Positions 19,040-27,478 of a stretch of 52,119 nucleotides of DNA are shown piece by piece (positions within the stretch are counted from its first letter, which is position 1; the number at the start of each line of letters is the position of its first letter). The stretch is from Planctomycetota bacterium (GTDB lineage: Bacteria > Planctomycetota > UBA8108 > UBA1146). The translations under genes and the position numbers were made by a program. The stretch covers positions 1-52,119 of the forward strand of contig JAYZBV010000070.1 of the NCBI GenBank assembly GCA_036338595.1, read 5' to 3'. The notes below the pieces were generated by a model. The model was not told the DNA's origin. It saw nothing but the letters and a program-made list of their open reading frames with translations, and searched no databases.

Positions 19040-22000
19040 GGGGTTACTTCTTCCGTCTGCTGATCGCAGCCGAAGGCATTTTCCAGTGCCGCATCGATCA
19101 CCATCTCGGCTCCCTCGATGGTGATCGCAGGGAGACCCGATCGATTGAGGATCTCGACTCGCGCACTGGCGGTGGCGCCCTTTGACGATTCGATGGCGAT
19201 CCTGGTCTCGAGCACTCCCGAATCGATCGGCAGGTGACATCGAACTCTTGCGATGGCGCATGGAAGGGATGGCATTCCTCGTTGCGATCTACTCCAGAGG
19301 ATCAGCGCCTGAAAGACCGCATCGATGCGCAGCGGGTCGATGAGCCAATCACTTCGCATCGGTGTGGCGAGCCATTCTCTGGGCGGCGGAGCTCCCACTG
19401 AGCGGATCGCAAGGTCCAGGGAGGAGATCCGCGCGACCTGCTGGATGCAGTGGAATCGAGGCCCATGAAAGAGCAATGCTGGATAGACAGGGTCGTTGTC
19501 TTCGGGGTAGTACGGTGTCTGCAGATGGGAGCGCGTGGAGATGCGATCTCCGAGAAGTACGTGCGCGCGGGCATGAACTCTTCCGCTGTCATCGCCACAT
19601 CGGATCTCTACCGGGACTCGAAGCAGCGCCCCATCCGTGATGGGTGGGCCGGTCTGGAAGGTCACCTGCCTCTCCTCGTTGGCATCCAGAACGACCCCCT
19701 TGAAGATGCGAAAGTCATCGGCGCCATGCAGTTCGAGACCAGGGTGGCGATGAGATGCAGCCCACAGACACCATTCAAGGAGGAGCGCTGCAGGAACAAC
19801 CGCTCTTGCATCCAGGAAATGGTCGAGCAGAACAGGCATCTGATCGGTGGAGATGGTCAGCGTCTGACCCGTTTCCATCTTCGGTGCCACAACATCGGCC
19901 ACCGGAGCAGTGGTGCGCTGAGTCGCCTCGGATGGGTAACTCCCGATGGCCAGCAGCGTCTCCTCGACGGAGCCCATCGGTGCAAGGATGACACATTGAG
20001 GGGGTCCATCGGATTGCATCTTCTCGATGAAGACACGAGCACCTTCACGAAGCCCGATCAGATCGATGCCCTCATCGTGAAAAACGCTCCTGAGCCCTGG
20101 GTGTACCATTCCGCCGTCCCATGGACCCCAACCGATACTTCGGACGCGGCACGATGCCCGTCGTGTCGCCTCGGTGATCGCCATCCGGTTGAGGACTTCA
20201 TTGGCCGCAGCGTAATCGCTCTGGCCCTTGCGACCCAGACGAGCAGTCATCGATGAGAAGAAGCAGATGAAGTCGAGTTCTTCCTCACGGCAGAGGGAAA
20301 GCAGGTGTCTGGCAGGGTCGACCTTTGTGCTCCATACCAGATCAAACTGCTCGTCGCTCTTTTCAGTGATCCAGCGATCTGCGAGGACCCCTGCACCGTG
20401 AATGATGCCGCGAACGGGACCGTACAGGGTACGAGCTTCATCGATGCAGCGTTCGAGCGCGAAGCCATCGCGTACATCCACCGAGCGGTAATCGATGCTG
20501 CAGCCTGACTGCCGCAGTCGATCGAATAGCCGCGACATCTCGCGCATCCTGAGAATCTCTGTTGCTCTGGCGCGTATCGCTGCAGGCGAGTCCTTCTGTC
20601 CCTGGAGTTCGAAGAAGCGCGACTCCAGCTGATCGTCGGCCACACCCAGCGCCCAGTCCGGCTCATCGCCAGGTGCTGCAGTTCTACCGAGCAGCAGAAA
20701 GTTCGGCTGGTAACGCCTGGCCACTTCCTCGACACACGCCGCCGTGACGCCTCGAGCACCGCCGGTGACGATCACGAGGCCGCCATCTCGGAGCAATTCA
20801 CCCTGTGGCTCATCCTCTGCCGAGGGTTGCAGCTGCACCTCGATTCGGCCTTCCGGTGCGAGGCCTATCTCCATCCCCTCACCTTCGCTCAGTTCATCGA
20901 CGAGTTGTTGAGCCGCCTCGCCGGGATCGTCAAAAGCCAGCGACAGATCTATCGATCGTACCTGCACCGCAGGCCACTCTCGTGCTGCGCACTTGGCCAG
21001 ACCCGAAAGCGCTGCTGCTGCTGGATCTGCGCCAACCAGGGTGCCGTCGAGAGGTCCCAGCCCGAACCTCCCATCGAAACGCTGCACCAGGGCCACCAGT
21101 GCACCGTGTGAATCGTCTGCATCCTGGAAGCATCTTCCCGTTGCTCTGAGCCAGCGGAAGGCGTTTCGAATCGCCTCATCCGGATCGGCGGGGGAATCGA
21201 GCAGCAGTAGTAATCCGCCGGGAGTCTCTGATCCGATCATCGGTTCGGGATCCCCCGGACCACACAACGGGGATGACAGTGCCGATATTCCCCTGGATCG
21301 CAGCAGAGCCACCAGCGTCCGGGCCAGTTGCGGCTGGTCGCAGACAACATGGAAGGGTCGTTGCTGGAATGCTGTCGGCATCTGGCTCGCGCCACGGCGG
21401 GCGACCGGGCGGGCGACCGGAATCGCATCGAGATAGGTGCGGTCGGCAGCTTCTATCGCGGAATCTGCAGAGTTGTGTGACGGCCCGGCCGCCACGGAAG
21501 CAGCCACGGCGACTGTTTCCTGCTGCGCTCCGGGGGTCGCCACCGTACTGGAGTTTTCCAGATACCAGCCAACGATGGAGTCGATCGATCGGAGCGTTCC
21601 GAGTAGTTCCGGTGGAATCGCCGGCAGTTGCGGTTTCCGTTCTCGGATGGCCGAGAGGATCTCGACACGTTTGATGCTGTCAATTCCCAGGTCGGCTTCC
21701 AGATCGAGATCGGTGCCGATCGCTTCGGCTGGATACCCGGTCTTTTCAGAAATCACCGAGACGATGATGGACTCGACTCCATCCTCTTCGGTCGCAGTCG
21801 GTTGTTGTCGAGGGGGTTCAGGAACGATCTCGGTATCGATCTCGGAGTTCGGGCTCACCTCGCTGTACCAGGATACGATGGAATCGATGGTTCGAAGCGT
21901 GCCGAGCAGTTCAGGTGGAATCGCAGGTAACTCCGGTCGAGTTTGCCTCAATGCAGAGAGGATCTCGACGCGCTTGATACTATCGATGCCCAGGTCCGCT

Positions 22001-25000
22001 TCCAGGTCGAGATCGGTTCCGATCGCATCGACCGGGTAGCCAGTCTTGTCAGCGACCACCTCACGGATCAGTGATGGAAGGGTTGTGTCGACGATTTCGG
22101 TCGGTCGAGCCACCACTGGATCCGCAGCGCCCGTAGCCACCTCCGAGCTGCGCATGGCATCGTTCGGCCCGGGCGTCCTCGCATGGTACCACTCAACGAT
22201 GGCATCGATGCTGCGCAGGGTACCCAGCAGTTCGGCGGGGATCGCCTCCAGATCGGGGCGCTCGACCCGCAGTGCCGAGAGGATCTCGACGCGCTTGATG
22301 CTGTCGATGCCAAGGTCGCTTTCCAGATCGAGGTCGGTGCCGATGGCGGAGGTGGGATAACCGGTCTTGTCGGCCACGATCTCGAGAATGGCAGCCATCA
22401 GGCCGTCATCTGCGGTCGTGGCCACTTCTTCAACCGCATCGTGTATCGGTCTGTCCGTCTCGGTTGCGGGAACGGATGCAGGAACCGGCGCGGGAACGGG
22501 TGCCGATGGGCGAGAAGTCCCCGGCGACCGATTCAGGCTGGCCTCCAGCACCTGCTCTGCGGTGCGTTGCGCTCCTGCGAGTTTCTGTTGCATCGACAGG
22601 GCGCTCTCGATCGCCTGCATCAAGTTCTCCTGAGATTCGGTGACGGTCATCGCAGGTGCCGACCGATCATCCGGTCTGGCAGCAGTGGTCACCCTCTCGG
22701 CAACGGAAGAGGTCGTGATCGATGCAACCGGGGTGACCGAAGGAGGGGAGGAAGTGTCGGTGGTGGGTGGCCGAACGACATCGGTTTCAGGTCGAGCGGT
22801 TGCTTCCCCTGGACCCAGGTTCGCCCCTCGAATCATCACCACCATCGCACCATCTTCCTTCTCGATGGGGCGACCATGAGGATCCCAGCTACAGAGATCT
22901 ACAGGGTGCCCCTCGACGGCGAGGCGCCCCACGGCGGAAGCCAGATCTGTCAGGTCAGGTTTTCCTGAATCGACCGAGATCGCTGTTGCCCCTTCGGAAC
23001 AATCTTCAAGTATCGAACGAATCAGCCCGGTCAGGACCTGCCCGGGACCCACCTCGAGAAATGTCGTTGCCCCTCGCTGAACCATCTCCTCGATCATCTC
23101 GAGGAACTGAACTGGACGGGCGATCTGGTGCGCCAGTAATGATTTCGCATCGGACTCCGCTTCCGGGTACTCCCTGGCGGTGCTGTTGGCGAACACTGCG
23201 GCTGTCGTCGGATGAAAGCGAGCGCGTTGAAGTACTTCCTCGAAGGGGGCCGCTGCCGAGGCGACCTCCTCTGAATGAAAGGCAGCGGCGACGGGAAGTT
23301 TGCGGTGACGAATCCCCCGTTGTTCGAGGATCCGAATCGCATCCGAGATGGCCGCGTCCTGGCCCGAGAGGACCGCCTGCTGTGGCGCATTTCGATTTGC
23401 GATCACGAGATGTGGACAGTTCTCCTCGACAAATCGCTCCAGCTCACGAATCGGCAGTGCCACCGCCAGCATCGAGCCCGCTTCTGCTCCACCCGCGCTC
23501 GCCATCAGTCGGCCGCGGAAGTTTGCGAGTTGATGGAAGTCAGTTTCTGTCAGCCTGCCGGACGCGGCCAGTGCTGTGAGTTCTCCAAAGGAGTGACCAC
23601 CGAACAGATCGGCACCGATTCCGAAGCGCGAGAGTACGCGAAAGAGCCCGAGACTGACCGCGCCGAGTGACGGTTGAGCCACATCGGTTCGGCGCAATTC
23701 GGAGTCGTTTTTCTCTGCATCATCGGTCCAGCTGCGTGGTGGCCAGATCCGGGAGGCAAGGCCCGAGTCCTCCTGCTGGTTCCAGAACACCCGTTCTGCA
23801 TCATCGACGGTCTGGATCATCTCAGGGAACCGACATGCTATCGGCCGGAGCATGTTGACCTTCTGAGAACCCTGACCGGGGAAAATGACTGCGAGTGAAC
23901 CTCGACAGGGTCCGCTGTCGCGATCGATTCCGTTGGGCAGATTCCAGCGGCTGTTTGATTCCTTGCTCAGGGTGTCGAGAGCGGTTTCCAGTTTTGCCTT
24001 CGGATCCCCCTGGTACTCGACGACGATACTGATGCGATGCTCATCCGAGTTCCGGAAACGAGCCCTGCTTTCACGTGCCATCGAGTTGAGGATGTGAGCG
24101 CTCTCGGTAGACTTCAGTTCAGCCAGAGCATCCTTCAACTGCTGCGCCAGACGATCGGTAGTCTGGTCCGAGAAGGTCAGCAGATGGCAGCATTCGGACC
24201 AGTCCGTCTCGATCCGTCCGGCAGAATTTTCTTCCAGCACTGCGTGGAAGTTGCTCCCACCGAAGCCAAACGATGAAACCGCTGCTCGTCTCGGAAACCC
24301 GGGGTGACTGACCCAGGGGCGTGCCTGTTCCTCGATGTGGAAGGGCGAGTTGGATTCCCTGAGAGCATCGAGAGGTTCCCGGATCTTGATGCTGGGGGGT
24401 TGAACCTTGTGGTGAAGGGAAAGCACAGCCTTGATCAGTCCAGCGGCACCTGCAGCAGCCTTGGTGTGGCCAATCTGCGACTTGACGGAACCGAGTGCAC
24501 AACTGTTCGGCAGCGCCTTGCCTCGGGAATATACCTCATGAAGGGCTTGAAGTTCGGTGGCGTCGCCAACGGAGGTGCCGGTGCCGTGAGCCTCCACCAT
24601 ACCGATCGTAGATGGAGAGATGGCAGCCTGCTCGTATGCGTCCAGGAGCGCTCGCTGTTGCCCCGCTGCAGTCGGGGCGTAGATGGCCGCCCCTTTTCCG
24701 TCACTGGAGGTTCCGATCGAGAGGAGTCTTGCATAGATTCTATCTCCATCTCGAACAGCATCGTCGAGCCGCTTCAGAACCAGCACCCCGATCCCTTCAC
24801 CCAGAATTGTGCCATCCCCTGCACCATCGAAGGGCCGAGCATCTCCAGTCGGCGAAAGTGCTGGAGTCTTCGAGAAGCACATGTACATGAAGATGTCATT
24901 GAAGGTGTCGACTCCACCTGTGATGACCATGTCACTTCGACCGCTTCTGAGTTCCAGTGAGGCGAGGTGAAGCGCTGCGAGTGAGGAGGCGCAAGCGGCA

Positions 25001-25635
25001 TCGGTAACGCAATTGGTTCCATGAAGATCGAGTCGATTTGCGATCCTCCCTGCGACGACATTTCCGAGCAATCCCGGAAAAGAGTTTTCCTTCCACGGGA
25101 CATAGGAGTCGGAAATTCTCCTCACCACATCAGAAGCAGTTTTCTCATCGACGCCCGCTTCGCGTAATGCACGCCACCAATGCGGATGCCCCAGCCGGGC
25201 ACCGAGTGGAATCACCAGTTCCAGTGCACCGGTCACGCCAAGAATCACCGAGGTCAGCGATCGGTCAAAGGCAGTGTGAGAGTCGTATCCTGCGTCCGTC
25301 AGCGCCTGTTTTGCGGCGATCAGCGACAGCAGCTGGGAGGTGTCCGTGGCCTCCAGATCATTGGGAGCGATACCAAAATCGAGCGGTCGAAATGGTACCG
25401 GAGTCAGAAATCCGCCGCGGCGCCCATAGGTGCGATCGAGCGAAGATCGATCGCTGTCGTGATAATCGTCCAGATCCCAGTAACCATCAGGGACCTCCTC
25501 GATGTGATCTCGACCACTTCGGATACTCGCCCAGTAGCCGTGGAGGTCTTGCGCCCCTGGAAAGAGGCAGCCGAGGCCGATGATGGCCAGGGGGGCATCC
25601 TGTGAAGCGGAGTGCTGGTGCGTGCGAGGGTTCAT
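19036..25635 (-). CDS. pfaA: PUFA synthase PfaA: KS-MAT-ACPx3-KR-DH, 2199 aa
   Basis: KS motifs DAACASS, HGTGT and GHTKAAAG. MAT motifs GHSFG and AAFHS. Three LGIDSIKRVEI ACPs. KR motifs TGGARGV and YAAAN. PKS-type DH motif LDHFLDARAVVP. Confidence 0.95.
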   Translation of the reverse strand: MNPRTHQHSASQDAPLAIIGLGCLFPGAQDLHGYWASIRSGRDHIEEVPDGYWDLDDYHDSDRSSLDRTYGRRGGFLTPVPFRPLDFGIAPNDLEATDTSQLLSLIAAKQALTDAGYDSHTAFDRSLTSVILGVTGALELVIPLGARLGHPHWWRALREAGVDEKTASDVVRRISDSYVPWKENSFPGLLGNVVAGRIANRLDLHGTNCVTDAACASSLAALHLASLELRSGRSDMVITGGVDTFNDIFMYMCFSKTPALSPTGDARPFDGAGDGTILGEGIGVLVLKRLDDAVRDGDRIYARLLSIGTSSDGKGAAIYAPTAAGQQRALLDAYEQAAISPSTIGMVEAHGTGTSVGDATELQALHEVYSRGKALPNSCALGSVKSQIGHTKAAAGAAGLIKAVLSLHHKVQPPSIKIREPLDALRESNSPFHIEEQARPWVSHPGFPRRAAVSSFGFGGSNFHAVLEENSAGRIETDWSECCHLLTFSDQTTDRLAQQLKDALAELKSTESAHILNSMARESRARFRNSDEHRISIVVEYQGDPKAKLETALDTLSKESNSRWNLPNGIDRDSGPCRGSLAVIFPGQGSQKVNMLRPIACRFPEMIQTVDDAERVFWNQQEDSGLASRIWPPRSWTDDAEKNDSELRRTDVAQPSLGAVSLGLFRVLSRFGIGADLFGGHSFGELTALAASGRLTETDFHQLANFRGRLMASAGGAEAGSMLAVALPIRELERFVEENCPHLVIANRNAPQQAVLSGQDAAISDAIRILEQRGIRHRKLPVAAAFHSEEVASAAAPFEEVLQRARFHPTTAAVFANSTAREYPEAESDAKSLLAHQIARPVQFLEMIEEMVQRGATTFLEVGPGQVLTGLIRSILEDCSEGATAISVDSGKPDLTDLASAVGRLAVEGHPVDLCSWDPHGRPIEKEDGAMVVMIRGANLGPGEATARPETDVVRPPTTDTSSPPSVTPVASITTSSVAERVTTAARPDDRSAPAMTVTESQENLMQAIESALSMQQKLAGAQRTAEQVLEASLNRSPGTSRPSAPVPAPVPASVPATETDRPIHDAVEEVATTADDGLMAAILEIVADKTGYPTSAIGTDLDLESDLGIDSIKRVEILSALRVERPDLEAIPAELLGTLRSIDAIVEWYHARTPGPNDAMRSSEVATGAADPVVARPTEIVDTTLPSLIREVVADKTGYPVDAIGTDLDLEADLGIDSIKRVEILSALRQTRPELPAIPPELLGTLRTIDSIVSWYSEVSPNSEIDTEIVPEPPRQQPTATEEDGVESIIVSVISEKTGYPAEAIGTDLDLEADLGIDSIKRVEILSAIRERKPQLPAIPPELLGTLRSIDSIVGWYLENSSTVATPGAQQETVAVAASVAAGPSHNSADSAIEAADRTYLDAIPVARPVARRGASQMPTAFQQRPFHVVCDQPQLARTLVALLRSRGISALSSPLCGPGDPEPMIGSETPGGLLLLLDSPADPDEAIRNAFRWLRATGRCFQDADDSHGALVALVQRFDGRFGLGPLDGTLVGADPAAAALSGLAKCAAREWPAVQVRSIDLSLAFDDPGEAAQQLVDELSEGEGMEIGLAPEGRIEVQLQPSAEDEPQGELLRDGGLVIVTGGARGVTAACVEEVARRYQPNFLLLGRTAAPGDEPDWALGVADDQLESRFFELQGQKDSPAAIRARATEILRMREMSRLFDRLRQSGCSIDYRSVDVRDGFALERCIDEARTLYGPVRGIIHGAGVLADRWITEKSDEQFDLVWSTKVDPARHLLSLCREEELDFICFFSSMTARLGRKGQSDYAAANEVLNRMAITEATRRASCRVRSIGWGPWDGGMVHPGLRSVFHDEGIDLIGLREGARVFIEKMQSDGPPQCVILAPMGSVEETLLAIGSYPSEATQRTTAPVADVVAPKMETGQTLTISTDQMPVLLDHFLDARAVVPAALLLEWCLWAASHRHPGLELHGADDFRIFKGVVLDANEERQVTFQTGPPITDGALLRVPVEIRCGDDSGRVHARAHVLLGDRISTRSHLQTPYYPEDNDPVYPALLFHGPRFHCIQQVARISSLDLAIRSVGAPPPREWLATPMRSDWLIDPLRIDAVFQALILWSRSQRGMPSLPCAIARVRCHLPIDSGVLETRIAIESSKGATASARVEILNRSGLPAITIEGAEMVIDAALENAFGCDQQTEEVTP
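21562..22401 (-). repeat. Three tandem ACP-encoding repeats inside pfaA
   Basis: The unit (A/S)(D/E)KTGYP..AIGTDLDLE.DLGIDSIKRVEILSA.R...P.L.AIP.ELLGTLR.ID.IV.WY occurs 3 times (~22186-22401, ~21865-22081, ~21562-21778), separated by variable linkers. Confidence 0.9.
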
Positions 25636-27311
25636 GTTGTTGACCTCAGGGTGTCGGATATCAAGCCGTTGGTCCTTCGAGGGGATCGATCACGGGCTCC
25701 AGGGGGGATCGGGATTCCCTGACGAGATAGATCCTGGCGCCGACACGCAAGAGCCGCACCGTGCATCAGTGTGTCTGCCACATCCGCAACGCGTCTGGCG
25801 GATGGATTCTCGAGCCAGCTTCCTCGTGTCCATTCATTGAAGGCACCCATCGCGGGGCCACACCAGATCTGATAGTCGAGTTTTCTCTGTGGATCTCCCG
25901 AGTTTGCCCAATCGGAGGAAAGGCCAAGGTACCACCGGAAAATCAACGCCATGCGATGATGAGGATCTCCGGAAGCTCTTTCCAGTTGACCCGGTTCTCG
26001 TGCGAGGAAGAACTGCCTGGTTTGCTCCCACACTTCTGCTACAGGCATCCGGAAGATCTCTTTTTCCAGCCGTAGCAGTTCAGCCGGTGGAAGTTCCTCG
26101 ATGCTGTTGTAGGTTCGATACAACTCCAGAAGTTTTCTGGCACGTGGACCGAACATCGTTCCTGTGCGAAGAACTTGCAGATGTACTCCCAGTTCAAACA
26201 TGTCTGAAGCGGGTGCCATGATGACATCGGCGGGGCCCGCAGCGGCGAGCATCTCCCTGACGACATCACTGGAACCGGACTCCACACACGCCTGGTGTAC
26301 CGAGCCGATGACGACATAGTCAGCACCGAGAGCCAGCGCTGCACAGATCGCTTCAGGGGTTCCCAGACCTCCAGCGGCACCGATCCGAACCTCGGCTGTC
26401 GCTGGAAACTGCTCGGCGATCTCGGAGCGTAATCTGGCGAATGCGGGCACCAGCGTGGACATCGGTCGATTATCGGTGTGACCGCCCGAATCCGCCTCAG
26501 CGGTCAGATCGTCGCAGAGAGGATTCAATCGGGCCCACTGCGCCTGCTGGGACGTGATCTCACCCTTTCTGAGCAGTGCTTCGACCATCGCCTCCGGTGC
26601 CGGAGAGAGAAACTTGCGTGCTACTTCTAAACGCGACGCCTTTGCCATCACCCGGGGAACCCGGGGACAGCGGGTCAACGGAGCACTGGAAGCGATCTGC
26701 ACACCCTGCAGTCGCATACGAACCAGTGGTTCCGTGATATCCAGATAGGCGCTCACCTCGACGCAGGGAACCTGCTCTTTTACGAGCAAGCGAGAGGTTT
26801 CATCTTCGATGGTCGGTTCTGCTGGACTATGGATCAGGTTGCATCCCCACGGTCTGTCGGGAAGTTGCTGCTTCAATTGCAGGAGTGCTTGATGCACCGT
26901 GGCAACGGACTGACCCGCGGCTCCATAAAAGGACAGGTAGCCCGCGCGAGCCAATTCGGTGACCAGCGGTACCGAGGCGATACCGTTTGCCATCGATCCG
27001 GCAACATACACACTCGCTGTACCGTGATCCCGGATGAAGTGAGCGGATCCCAGAGATGCGGGCGGCGTGGGGGGGATCGCTCCCAGCACGGGGATGCCAT
27101 GCGGCGATGGACTGGATGCACCGGTGTCGTCGTGGAATGAGACCTGACCTGCTCGTACAGCACGGATGTCTCCCGATGGATCACCGACGATGGTCCAGTG
27201 ATGATCCAATTGCTCCATCGCCTCATCGAGGTCCACTTGAACGGCATCCCCGTTCGGGACCCAGGTTCCGATGGCTGGCCAGGATGCATCCGGCCCTCGC
27301 TTCTGTCCCAT
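25632..27311 (-). CDS. pfaD: PfaD, FabK-like enoyl reductase of PUFA synthase
   Basis: Motifs AGSMANGIAS, NLIHSP, AEADSGGHTDNRP, MAPASDMFELGV and YQIWCGPAMGAFN. GGGGAG RBS upstream. Confidence 0.95.
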   Translation of the reverse strand: MGQKRGPDASWPAIGTWVPNGDAVQVDLDEAMEQLDHHWTIVGDPSGDIRAVRAGQVSFHDDTGASSPSPHGIPVLGAIPPTPPASLGSAHFIRDHGTASVYVAGSMANGIASVPLVTELARAGYLSFYGAAGQSVATVHQALLQLKQQLPDRPWGCNLIHSPAEPTIEDETSRLLVKEQVPCVEVSAYLDITEPLVRMRLQGVQIASSAPLTRCPRVPRVMAKASRLEVARKFLSPAPEAMVEALLRKGEITSQQAQWARLNPLCDDLTAEADSGGHTDNRPMSTLVPAFARLRSEIAEQFPATAEVRIGAAGGLGTPEAICAALALGADYVVIGSVHQACVESGSSDVVREMLAAAGPADVIMAPASDMFELGVHLQVLRTGTMFGPRARKLLELYRTYNSIEELPPAELLRLEKEIFRMPVAEVWEQTRQFFLAREPGQLERASGDPHHRMALIFRWYLGLSSDWANSGDPQRKLDYQIWCGPAMGAFNEWTRGSWLENPSARRVADVADTLMHGAALACRRQDLSRQGIPIPPGARDRSPRRTNGLISDTLRSTT

Positions 27312-27478
27312 TTACACTCCCCGATGGATCCCACTTCAGCTACGCCGGATTGGACGCTACAGGAGCACAAAGATAACTCCGATAACGGCACGACGCACCC
27401 AATACAGCAGGTAGGAGCCGATTCATGGGGAGGGGGCTGCCGCTGGGTCTGAGGCGTCGATTGGCTGCAGTGCTGGGC

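Noticed and set aside
19040..19261. N-terminal extensions in the ORF track for pfaBC, and likewise oleD, PPTase, GT4 (37717), HK (43506) and the propeller protein (46905)
   Set aside because: They overlap upstream genes or precede a clear RBS or signal peptide. Coupled start/stop overlaps mark the more likely starts.
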